Positions 1 through 11,207 of a stretch of DNA of 64,000 nt are shown here, piece by piece. This stretch comes from Oikopleura dioica (Eukaryota; Animalia; Chordata). Made by a program: the position numbers and the translations under genes. Where the stretch lies: assembly GCA_907165135.1 (NCBI GenBank), contig OU015568.1:14767208-14831207 (forward strand). The letters are read 5' to 3'. Within the stretch, counting starts at the first letter, position 1. Every line of letters begins with the position of its first letter. The notes beneath the pieces were generated by a model that was not told the DNA's origin, searched no databases, and worked only from the letters and a program-made list of their open reading frames with translations.

Positions 1-1027
1 TTCCCGCAACAATTTTTCACCACTGGTTCTTTGGCGCCAACCGCTGGTCGAGGAGACGTTTCCTTTTGACCGGCACGAATGAGGTCCATTGCATCTGGGT
101 GAGAATCTTCGTGATGAGGAGCACATTGAGTTGATCGATCAAACCCTCCTCGCTGCGTGTATTCTTCATTCCAGGTATCCTCGACTTCTGCGATTTCCTT
201 GGCAAAGTCGGTGTCACACTCGCAAAGATCTCGGCCGCATCCGGTGTCGTTTTCGGCTAGAAATCAATGCTGTCTTAGAAGAGCAAAATATATCTTACAG
301 CAAGCTCCGTGGAGACTGTATGGGCTCTGGGATGGGCAATCATGGTACGTCTTGTGGATGCATTTGTAGCAGTTGATTAGTTTTTGGCAAACTCTATCAA
401 TGGCATCGACTGGCTTTCCTTTGCCGATTGTATCGTGCCACTGGAAATCTTTGTGGTACAACTCACTAGCGAAAAAATACCTTAAATGGCCGTGTCACTT
501 TCTTTCTTACCTTGGAAGACAGTAGCATCCGTAGTATTTCAGCTTCCCACTATCCTGAAAACCAGCTTGCTCGATCATCGCATTGAGCGCAAGAGATTTT
601 CCGACAGCTTTGTATTTGACTTTCAGATCATGGTCCTAAATTCAATCAGATTTCCGCTGCCGATATATTTGCTTACCGCTGATGGATGCTCGAAATACCC
701 AGTCTGCTTTTGCCAATCGCCGATTTGGTTGAAAAGACTGAGGCCGATTCTTTCATCAGAGAGCTTGAACAAGTTCTTTGAAAGGATCGCGACGTTGGTC
801 TTTGGATTAGAAAAGGTCGATTGAGGAGCGTTGGAGTCGATTTGCACCACGTGATTTCGATACGCTGCTTTTAGCTCGACGGTTTCTGGAGCAGTTGTAG
901 TGTCATTTCGGTCTGGAGCAGCTGTTGATTCGTCAGCTCTGCAAAAAGCTAGAAAAAAAGGTTGATTAATTCTCTGTTGGAATCTCTTTTTGGGCAATTT
1001 ACCGAAAACAAACGGAAGCACGCGCAT
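1..1027 (-). CDS. Secreted phospholipase A2-fold, Cys-rich protein, probably non-catalytic; multi-exon, 3' end outside the window
   Basis: ATG at 1027; a GT-AG intron at 1002-949 gives the signal-like N-terminus MRVLPFVFAFCRA. Spliced downstream exons give KYYGCYCLP..GKGKPVDAIDRVCQKLINCYKC..CGRDLCECDTDFAKEIA..GFDRSTQC..NCCG, matching the sPLA2 pattern YGCxC..GxGxPVDxxDxCC..CY..LCxCD. The catalytic HD is replaced by LI. Confidence 0.75.
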
Positions 1028-1489
1028 TTTATTGTTCTAAAAAGCCTAAAAATTGAAAACCCTTCTTTTGCGGAATTATCATTATTTCTGTCCTTTTATT
1101 GCGCTATTGGTCTTATCTGACAATGTAAAACATAGTCCACGTTCTTGAGATGTAGCTTTTCGTTTTAGCGGATCACGTTCAATCGATATCATCAATTGAC
1201 ATCCTTTTTTTAGGCGATATACTTTCGCCCAAATTATCAATTTAGAACGGCATTTTTTTGATTTAGTAAATATTTTTCAAGCTTTTCGATTTCAAGAGCT
1301 TAAGGGTGTCGCCATAAAGATTCAAAACTTAAGCATTTGTAAATAACATCAAACAATCACGCCTCCCAGTTCTGAGCGTTGTCTCCAGCTTTAATATTAA
1401 CTTGGCATCTACTTAATATTTTGCGCAGAAGAACAAACTATTCTGACCTTTTCAGCGCATTACGCTTGCCCAGAACAATTTTCGTAAAA

Positions 1490-4282
1490 ATGCGAAAATG
1501 CGTGGAATATATTTTGATACTTTTTGGAGCATGTTCGATTTCGGTGGGAATCAGCATGGGTGTTTTGTACGGAGCATATGATGATGCGCTGCCAGAGAAA
1601 GTTTATGACATAATTGACGGCTTCACAACTCCTACTTCCCAACCAAGCTCTTCAACTTCTCAACCAGAAATAGAGTATTACGAAGTTGATTTTGGAGCGC
1701 TAGGAACGATCCGTGGTTACTTGAATCCAGACTATCCGGATGTTGTCGTTATGCGCGGTATCCCTTTTATGAAGCCTCCTGTCGGCGACCTCCGCTGGAA
1801 AGCCCCTGTCATCGAGCGCAGCCTTGAGGGATATCCAAGGTCGGAAATCATCGACGACGAATGGACCGGAGTTTACATTGCTGAAGAAGCTACTCCGAGC
1901 TGTCCGAATGCATTCAATGTCAATCCTTCAATAACGGAAGACTGCACGTACTTGGATATTTTCGTCCCTCGGAGAGCAATTGAGAACAAAGAAAAATTGA
2001 AAATCTTTCTTTACTTCCATGGCGGCGCGTTTTTGGGAGGCACCAACAAAGTCATTTCTCCAAATAAGGGGTCGATTATTGCTCTGGAGCAGAACATCGT
2101 CGTCATGTCAGCAAATTATCGACTTGGCGCTTTCGGGTTTTTGTTTTCCGAGTTGCTCGATGACCGAATTGACAAAGAACACGGTCTTGAGTATTACGAC
2201 GATAAAATTACTTCTGGAAATCAAGGATTAATGGACCAGCAGATGGCGATGATCTGGACTGGCGAATATTCGAAGGTAGGTTGTCATATCGGTTTTTGAT
2301 AATTCAATATTTCTAGTACTTTGGTGGCGATAAAGACGATATCACCATCGGCGGAATGAGCGCAGGCGGGCAAAGTGTACATGCTCATTTAGTTATGCCG
2401 AGCAGGTAATGACCAGCAGTAGTAAAAATTTGCGTACGCTCTTTAAATCAAACGACATATTTGCATATTCCAACTAAATCTGTCATTTCAGCGAAAAATT
2501 GTTTCATAAAGCAATCGCCTTCTCCGGACCAAATGGCATTCCGTATTATAATGATACTGAAGGTGAACAAATCCTGCAAGGAATAGCGGAATTGACGGAT
2601 TGCTGCGAAGGACCTGAGGATGTTGAAGGCATCGAAGGACTTATTCCCACCTGTGATGGGCCAACAACTCCCGAAATAATCTCCTGTATGATGGGTAAGA
2701 CAACGCTGCAGATAAACCGAGCTGCCTGGACTTTGAGCCAAGCTGCTCCAATCGGAAATTTTGAGCGATTAACGATGATTGCTGAGCCCTACGCGCCAAT
2801 TATCAACACTGGAACGCTCCAAGACATGCCGTACTTTCACTTTCAACGAGGAGAGCTTCATGACAAGCCAACCATCATCGATGTCGCAGACAATGAAGGC
2901 TACGGTTTCGTAGAACCAGTTTTCAACGGATTTTTGTGTCCAAATGAAACGTATCCATCTTCTCAAAAAGTATGCGAAGAAAACTGGGACGCATTCTTGG
3001 CTGCACTTTTGTCCCCTTCAGATTTTATAAAGATCATAAACGCTGGCTTTTATAACTGTCCTGAGGATGGCTCTGAATGTCTGCATAAAGTCGATGAATT
3101 TTTAACAGACTTTACTTGGTACTGCAATGCAAGACGTTGTCTCGAAGACGGTTACCCTACTCAAGGAGCCGGAAGAACTCGGTGAGATTTGACTCTTTAA
3201 TTATATTTATCGATTTATTAAAGATTCGGCCGAAGCGACCGTAAAACGGGCCTCTACATCGCACGTGTGAGCCAACGACTTCCATGGGACAAAATTGAAG
3301 AGGGAGTTCGACATGGAGTCGGCGAACACTGGTACTTCCACGATGCGCTTCGCAATGATCCACGATACGCTGATGATAAACCCTTCCAGTACAGCTATGT
3401 TCAATACTTGTCGAATTTTATTCGAACTGGCGATCCAAACAGTAAGACAAATTTTAAAGCGTGGCGTTATCAAAATTCTAGGGTGCGCGTCGTTTGCTAC
3501 GGTTTGGGGGGTTTGCGTATATAATATACGGTATATTTCTACGATGCGTATATTTCTACGGTGCGTATATTTCTACGGTCAAAAATGAGTCATAGGGACC
3601 GTAGCAATTGACGCACAGTTTAGGGTGGGCAAAAAGCCGGGTCGGTTTTGTCGGTTATTAATAATATTAAAAGAATTTAAAGCTATCTAAGTCGGTCGGA
3701 ACGAGTGTCTTGTCAGTTTTCCCTTACAAAAAGATAAATAAGTATCATACTTTGACAATGCTTATTGAACCAAGGCTTAAAATTATTTTCCTACATATTG
3801 TTTTCATTTTTGTAAGCGGAAACCGACCACACTATCGTTCCGACCGACTAAGATAGCTTTAAATTATTTTAATTTTATTAATAACTGACAAAACCGACCC
3901 GGCTTTTTCCCCACCCTAAACTTTGCGTCAATTGCTACGGTCCCTATGACTCATTTTTGACCGTAGAAATATACGCACCGTAGAAATATACGCATCGTAG
4001 AAATATACGCAAACCCCCCAAACCGTAGCAAACGACGCGCACCCAAAATTCTAGACTACCTTGGGAACCCTGTCGAAAATGAACACAAAGATCAGGCTGA
4101 TTGGGAAGAGTGGTCAGTCGGTAACAAGTTGCTCGATGTCGGAGCAGAAGGTAGTGACAGATAAAGATAGTAAATGGTGAAAATAAATTTCAGCAACACG
4201 TGGTTTCCAGATGCAAACATCCGATCCCCGCGAAGCTCGCTGCGATTTTATAGACTCTCTCGATCTGTACATGACTATTTAA
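1490..4282 (+). CDS. Type-B carboxylesterase / cholinesterase-fold hydrolase, copy 1 (6 exons)
   Basis: Exons ~1490-2275, 2317-2405, 2492-3181, 3224-3441, 4055-4150, 4194-4282, joined in frame by GT-AG introns. Motifs: RGIPFMKPPVGDLRW, EDCTYLDIF, FHGGAF, NYRLGAFGF, GNQGLMDQ, GGMSAGG (nucleophile), DNEG (acid), RHG (His), NFIRTGDPN. Hydrophobic N-terminal segment. Confidence 0.92.
3481..4044. mobile_element. 564-bp foldback MITE with ~220-bp inverted arms and a 9-bp TSD (Mutator/foldback-like), in an intron of esterase copy 1
   Basis: Begins GGGTGCGCGTCGTTTGCTACGG and ends CCGTAGCAAACGACGCGCACCC. AAAATTCTA is directly repeated at 3472-3480 and 4045-4053. Each arm has three ~18-bp subrepeats. 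Confidence 0.93.
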
Positions 4283-4383
4283 CATTCTGATAAAAGTTCG
4301 CAATTAAACTTTTCCAAAACTTTTCAATTCCGATCACGCCCATAATTCTGGAACGCCTTCTTGCATTCCTGAGATTCCACAAG

Positions 4384-6565
4384 ATGAAAAAGTGGCTTGA
4401 ATATTTGTTGATTATATTTTTTTCATGTTTGATTTCGGTTGGGATCATCACGGGGGTTTTGTATGGCGCATACGATAAAGATGTCGAAGAGAAAATCTAC
4501 AGTATTGTTTCCGACTCTTTTGACAAGACAACAACGACGGAGCATTCCTCAGTAACTGCAACAACCCAATCGAGTACAAGCTCAACACAAAGACCAACAA
4601 CATCGACGATTTCTTCAACAACGACAACGAAGACAACTCAAGCTACTCAAACAAGCTCTTCACAAACCACATTGTCTACAGAGGCTCCTGATGAAACAAA
4701 TTGGTACACTGTTGATTTCGGCCCTCTCGGAAAGATACAGGTTTGTTAACATCAAGTGATATACAAAACAATTATGAGTTAGGGCTATCGACATGAAATC
4801 AACGAGGAAGTCGTCGTTCTTCGGGGTGTTCCTTACGCAAAACCTCCAGTAGGGGAACGTCGTTGGATGGCGCCAGAAATCGAAAGGGATTTGAAAAACT
4901 ATGAGCGGTTTGATTCAGTTGAAGGGGTTTATAAAGCGAAGGAAGCATCGCAAAGATGCATTCAAGGTTTTACGTCTGGCGAGAGGCTGACTGAAGACTG
5001 TCTCTATCTCGATATTCATGCTCCTATTGAGGCGATCGAAAGTGGTAGAAAACTCAGTGTTCTGATTTATTTTCATGGCGGGGCATTTTTCTTTGGCAGC
5101 AATACTATTGCAGTCACGCCTGAAAAGGGGGCTTTTATTGCGGCTACTCAAGATGTCATCGTTATCTCCGTTAATTATCGACTTGGCGCCTTTGGTTTCA
5201 TGTTTTCAGAAGCTCTTCAGAAAAAACTAGCCGACGAACATGGAGTGCAATACAGCGATAAACCAGTTTCTGGAAACCAAGGACTGATGGATCAACAAAT
5301 GGCGATGATATGGGTTGCAGAAAACGCCAAATACTTTGGTGGAAATGAAAATGATATCACAATCGGCGGGATGAGCGCTGGAGGACAAAGTGTTCATGCA
5401 CATATGGTGATGGAATCGAGTAAGAATTTCTTCCACAAGGCTATTGCTTTCTCTGGCCCTCAGGGGCTACCGTATTATAATGCTGATGAGGGAGAATTGA
5501 TCACGGAAGGGATCGCGAATCTTGTCGAATGCTGCGATGATCCTTTGGCACCTAGCATTTCCCCTAGGTGTAGAAACAAAATTGACGAAGACACTGTCGC
5601 TTGCATGAAAAACAAGACAGCAGAAGAGATCAACAAAGCAGCCTGGACGCTTCAACAGTTTCTACCGATCGGGAACTTTGACCGACTAACGATGATTGCA
5701 GAGCCTTACTCGCCGATAATCAACACAGGAATGCTCGAGGAAATGCCCTTTTACTCATTCTCAAAGGGAGAAATCCACGACAAGCCTCTGATCATCGATG
5801 TTTCCAACAACGAAGGAGCATTTTTCATCAATTTGATGATGTGGGGAGTTCAATGCGAAGAACCTGGAATTACTGTCTGTGAGACAAATTGGAATTGGCT
5901 GCTTGACCATTTGCTCGAAGAGGATGATTTGAAGAAAGTAAAGGATGCTGGTTTTTACAACTGCCCCGACGATCCAAAAGAAGAGTGTCTTCCTCAAGCA
6001 GATAAATTTTTAACTGATTTCACATGGTACTGCAATATGAACAGATGCATGACAGATGGATTCCCTGGTATAGAATAAGCGCTAAAAATAAGAAAATATT
6101 ATTTTAGCTTCGGAGAGAAAATTCAAACGAAGAAATAGCGAGATATTCCTTTCTCTGACTACTCAAGTTTTGCCCTGGCAGCAAGTTGTTCATCATGGTT
6201 CAGCAGAATACTGGTTTTTCTCAAGAATAACGGAAACTGATGATAGCGACGAAGATGATCAAGATTTTCAGAAAGCCTATCAAAATTATATCGGCAACTT
6301 TATTAGAACGGGAAGTCCGAATGGTAAGCTCAATCTTCTGATTTATTTAAATTTTTGTTTCCACAGATGGAACCGAAGCAGTTCAATGGGAAAGCTGGCT
6401 GAAAAATAACGAGTGGTTTGACTCAGGCGATAAAAGTAAGACTTGATCAAATTCAAATTAAAAATGAAAATTTCAGATTCCTACAAATTCGCCATGCAAG
6501 AAAATGATCCACGTGATCCCCGCTGCGACCTCCTTGACGAGCTCAATCTGTACATGACCATTTGA
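4384..6565 (+). CDS. Type-B carboxylesterase / cholinesterase-fold hydrolase, copy 2 (5 exons), with a Thr/Ser-rich stalk
   Basis: Exons ~4384-4740, 4783-6067, 6108-6323, 6367-6436, 6477-6565. Motifs: RGVPYAKPPVGERRW, EDCLYLDI, FHGGAF, NYRLGAFGF, GGMSAGG, NNEG, HHG, NFIRTGSPN. The C-terminus LYMTI* is shared with copy 1. Confidence 0.92.
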
Positions 6566-6696
6566 AAAATTGTAAATAAATCAGAAAACATTTTGCCTAG
6601 TGTGAATTTACGAATTTCGAGAACACCATTATTTTGATGTACGATGTCACCGTAATTACTTCAGTTGCTTGTTTTCGCGTAAAAAAGGGAACAAAA

Positions 6697-9600
6697 ATGA
6701 GTTGTGGCAGAATTGTCGCAGGTTTCGTTTGCCTTCTCGTCGTTGTCGCTGTTGTTATCATTACAATACTTTTTCTCGGCGATAAACCAAGAATCCAAAA
6801 GAAAATCTCTCAAATATTTTTTGATTAGAATTAGTTGTGACATAAATTGAGAACATTGAAAAGCCTTACACAAACATTTGCCAGGAAGGTTCCACTGCTC
6901 AGCAACCTGTTTACTTCTTTGTTGGTGGAGAAGAATGGAATACCACAACATATCCTGATGCAGAAGATAATACGTTCCTCATCGCGTAAGTAAATATTGT
7001 AGCCCTGAGGTCGTAGATTTTTTATAAGCTCGCCGAATCTGTTCAACGAAGAAGGAGAAGTTCTGAATGACGAAGAAATGGCCGCGGAAATGTCTGGTGA
7101 TCCAAAGATTCCCGTAAGCGACTGCTACCTCAAATTGATTCCTGAGGGTGATCAGAAGATCATTGTTGCTTCAACGAATTTTGTCTTCAATCCAAATAGC
7201 AATGAATTCACAGGAATGGGCTCAATATTATTAAATAGCATCTTCCAAATAGTTAGGCTTACCGCGGTGTTTTCTATTTTTCAGGCTCTTTTGAAAAATC
7301 TCCCCATACTTTCAGAACATATGCATCAAGACAAGCCTTGAAAAACTGCACTTGCAGAATTTTCGATATGAGTCATCTTACCCCCTTTTTTGGGGGATTT
7401 TTAGCAAGAAAAAAAGCACTAGTTTGATTAGAAGCGGCTTTTGAGTGCGTGCTAGATCGATTTTGATAATTTGATGCCTACCATGTGAAAGATAAGCGCA
7501 AGATGCATCGATACATATGAAATTTATTATTGCGGAGTACTTCCTTCATATGATTCTAGAGCTCCAAAGTTGACGCAAGCAGCCAGATACGATAATCCAA
7601 TATTATCAACTTCTGATATAAGCATGGTATGATGATGTTTTATAGCTCAAATTGAAGCTTATAAATTACTGAACAAAATGGAGTGGTATTTTTTTGACCA
7701 GCCGGTTGTGCTTCCGGTTCGTCGCGGTTCATACCCGGAAATAGGTCAAAATGTAGAAATATGTATATCAAATGAATTAATTTTCAACAGCGAATCTTTT
7801 GAACATATTCAGAAGTTCAACCGCCCGGTTATTATTGCGGTTCATGGTGGTTCATGGTGGTTCAAGCGCAGAAATGAACAAAATAGCAGCAATATGTATA
7901 TCAAATTGAAACATAAATTAAGAACATTCATAAAATCATTTAATAAGCCCGAAGCAACCGGTTGTTCTCCCGGTAAATGGCGGTTCCAAACGGTTCAAGC
8001 CGGTTCAAGCTAAAAACATGCTCAAAGTGGTTCAATATGGTTATCAAATGTATTCATTTACAATAGCGAAGCTTTCTAGCATATTAAGAAATTCAACCGC
8101 CCGGTTATTCTTGCGGTTCATGGTGGTTAATCGTGGTTCAAGCCCAGACATGAACAAAATAGCATCAATATGCATATCAAATTGAATCTTGTATTAAGTA
8201 CATTCGTCGAATCATTGAATAAGCCCAAACTACCCGTTAACTCTCGTGGAAAAAGGCGGTTTCTGACGGTTCAAGCCGGTTAAAGCCGAATATATGCTCA
8301 AAATGGTTCAATATGTATATCAAATGAAAAATTATTCAAAAGAACGTCTTTTGAAACTTTAACGAGATCCGGACGCGTGATAAAACACTGAATATGCGCA
8401 AACCGCCCGGTTTTAATCGATTTTGATCGAGGCCAGGCCCGTTTATTCAATTCAGTCTGAGACGGGGCCAAGCCGACCCGAAGGAGAGGCCAGGCCCGTT
8501 TATTCAATTCAGTCTGCGACGGGGCCAAGCCGACCCGGAGGAAAGGCCAGGCCCGTTCAAACAATTCAGTCTGAGACGGGGCCAAGCCGACCCGAAGAGG
8601 TGGCCAGGCCCGTTTATACATTCAGTCTGAGACGGGGCAAAGCCGACCCGAATGGGAGGCCAGGCCCGTTCAAACAATTCAGTCTGAGACGGGGCCAAGC
8701 CGACCCGAAGGGAGGCCAGGCCCGTTTATTCAATTCAGTCTGAGACGGGGCCAAGCCGACCCGAAGGGGAGGCCAGGCCCGTTTATGCAATTCAGTCTGA
8801 GACGGGGCAAAGCCAACCCGAAGGGAAGGCCAGGCGCGTTCATACAATTCAGTCTGCGACGAGGCCAAGCCGACCCGAAGGGGAGGCCAGGCCCGTTTAA
8901 ACAATTCAGTCTGCGACGGGGCCAAGCCGACCCGAAGGGGAGGCCAGGCCCGTTTATACCATTCAATCTGCGACGGGGCCAAGCCGACCCGAAGAGGAGG
9001 CCAGGCCCGTTGAAACGATTCAGTCTGCGACGAGCCGAAGCCGACCCGAAGGAAAGACCAGGCCCGTTTATTTAATTCAGTTTGCGACGGGGCCAAGCCG
9101 ACCCGAAGAGGAGGCAAGGCCCGTTTATTCAATTCAGTCTGCCACGGATGAATTGTATGATCGCGCCTGGCCTCCCCTTCGGGTCGGCTTGGTTCCGTCG
9201 CAGACTGAATTGAATAAACGGGCCTGGTCTCCCCTTCGGGTCGGCTTGGCCCCGTCTCAGACTGAATTGAATAAACGGGCTTTGCCTCCCCTTCGGGTCG
9301 GCTTGGCCCCGTCTCAGACTGAATTGTTTGAACGGGCCTGGCCTCCCCTTCGGGTCGGCTTGGCCCCGTCTCAGACTGAATTGTTTAAACGGGCCTGGCC
9401 TCCCTTCGGGTCGGCTTGGCCTCGTCGCAGACTGAATTGTATGAACGCGCCTGGCCTTCCCTTCGGCTTGGCTTTGCCCCGTCTCAGACTGAATGTATAA
9501 ACGCGCCTGGCCTCCCTTCGGGTCGGCTTGGCCCCGTCTCAGACTGAATTCTTTGAACGAGCCTGGCCTCCCCTTCGGGTCGGCTTGGCCCCGTCTCAGA

Positions 9601-11125
9601 CTGAATTGAATAAACGGGCCTTGCCTCCCCTTCGGGTCGGCTTGGCCCCGTCTCAGACTGAATTGAATAATTGGGCCTGGCCTCCCCTTATTTTCGCCCG
9701 TTTAAAGAGACAAAATCGATTAAAACCGGGCGGTTTGCGCATATTCAGTGTTTTATCACGCGTCCGGATCTCGTTAAAGTTTCAAAAGACGTGCTTTTGA
9801 ATAATTCTTCATTTGATATACATATTGAACCATTTTGAGCATATATTCGGCTTTAACCGGCTTGAACCGTCAGAAACCGCCTTTTTCCACGAGAGTTACC
9901 GGGTGGTTTGGGCTTATTCAATGATTCGACGAATGTACTTAATACAAGATTCAATTTGATATGCATATTGATGCTATTTTGTTCATGTCTGGGCTTGAAC
10001 CACGATTAACCACCATGAACCGCAAGAATAACCGGGCGGTTGAATTTCTTAATATGCTAGAAAGCTTCGCTATTGTAAATGAATACATTTGATAACCATA
10101 TTGAACCACTTTGAGCATGTTTTTAGCTTGAACCGGCTTGAACCGTTTGGAACCGCCATTTACCGGGAGAACAACCGGTTGCTTCGGGCTTATTAAATGA
10201 TTTTATGAATGTTCTTAATTTATGTTTCAATTTGATATACATATTGCTGCTATTTTGTTCATTTCTGCGCTTGAACCACCATGAACCACCATGAACCGCA
10301 ATAATAACCGGGCGGTTGAACTTCTGAATATGTTCAAAAGATTCGCTGTTGAAAATTAATTCATTTGATATACATATTTCTACATTTTGACCTATTTCCG
10401 GGTATGAACCGCGACGAACCGGAAGCACAACCGGCTGGTCAAAAAAATACCACTCCATTTTGTTCAGTAATTTATAAGCTTCAATTTGAGCTATAAAACA
10501 TCATCATACCATGCTTATATCAGAAGTTGATAATATTGGATTATCGTATCTGGCTGCTTGCGTCAACTTTGGAGCTCTAGAATCATATGAAGGAAGTACT
10601 CCGCAATAATAAATTTCATATGTATCGATGCATCTTGCGCTTATCTTTCACATGGTAGGCATCAAATTATCAAAATCGATCTAGCACGCACTCAAAAGCC
10701 GCTTCTAATCAAACTAGTGCTTTTTTTCTTGCTAAAAATCCCCCAAAAAAGGGGGTAAGATGACTCATATCGAAAATTCTGCAAGTGCAGTTTTTCAAGG
10801 CTTGTCTTGATGCATATGTTCTGAAAGTATGGGGAGATTTTTCAAAAGAGCCTGAAAAATCGAAAAACACCGCGGTAAGCCTACAAATAGTACAACAAAA
10901 AACCCTAAATAAGATCTAACCACTGATATGACCTCCTGTGGAAATCAATATTTGGCGATCAATGGCAACGAAAAATGCGGCGGAATAAATATGGAGGATC
11001 CGGATTTTTCCATGACCGATTTCGCAAACGTTGAGCTTGGTGACGCTGGCGAACCGGTTCTTTTGCATCTTAAAAATGACAGCCCTTCTGATGGATATTT
11101 CATTTTCATGTTCACAACCGAATAA
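6697..11125 (+). CDS. Membrane-anchored (type II) or secreted protein with a divergent CUB-like domain; last intron contains the 3.6-kb palindrome
   Basis: N-terminal TM segment GRIVAGFVCLLVVVAVVIITILFL. Exons near 6850-6986, 7029-~7213 and 10914-11125 read IASPNLF..DCYLKLIPEGDQKIIV..NFVF..CGNQYLAINGNEKCG..LLHLKNDSPSDGYFIFMF, resembling the CUB pattern (ISPNYP..CxWxI..F.L..CxxDYLxI..CG..LxFxSD..GF). The first splice junction is uncertain. Confidence 0.6.
8431..9141 (+). repeat. 57-bp GC-rich tandem repeat, ~12.5 copies (left half of the palindrome core)
   Basis: Unit GGCCAGGCCCGTTTATTCAATTCAGTCTGAGACGGGGCCAAGCCGACCCGAAGG(G/A)GA, read directly from the sequence. Confidence 0.95.
9153..9690 (-). 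repeat. Same 57-bp repeat in inverted orientation, ~9.5 copies (right half of the palindrome core)
   Basis: Unit CAGACTGAATTGAATAAACGGGCCTGGCCTCCCCTTCGGGTCGGCTTGGCCCCGTCT; orientation flips at ~9142-9152. Confidence 0.95.
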
Positions 11126-11207
11126 TAACGAGTTATTAATTAAGTAAAATCTTCGATTTTTCGTTTATCGTATTTTTTTTCGTTTTATTAGGGTTACACA
11201 GTGCAAC

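Larger units (their letters stand above)
7254..10883. mobile_element. 3630-bp giant palindromic (foldback) element with an 8-bp TSD and hAT-like termini
   Basis: Termini TAGGCTTACCGCGGTG / CACCGCGGTAAGCCTA; CAAATAGT at 7246-7253 and 10884-10891. Outer arms 7254-8425 and 9711-10883 are reverse complements with only scattered mismatches. No transposase ORF seen. Confidence 0.93.

Noticed and set aside
1490-6565. Calling the esterases acetylcholinesterase or neuroligin
   Set aside because: They lack GESAG and the choline-binding Trp motif (not AChE), and retain the catalytic Ser (not neuroligin).
8431-9690. CRISPR-like array
   Set aside because: Units are contiguous with no unique spacers, there are no cas genes, and the context is eukaryotic.
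8298-9800. Long repetitive ORFs (KRAWPPLRVGLAPSQTELN)n on both strands
   Set aside because: A by-product of a 57-bp (19-codon) stop-poor satellite; mirrored on both strands, with no gene context.
7678-10458. Identical 111-aa ORFs at 7678-8013 (+) and 10123-10458 (-) as a transposase or gene pair
   Set aside because: Mirror images from the palindrome arms; built on subrepeats, with no recognisable domain.
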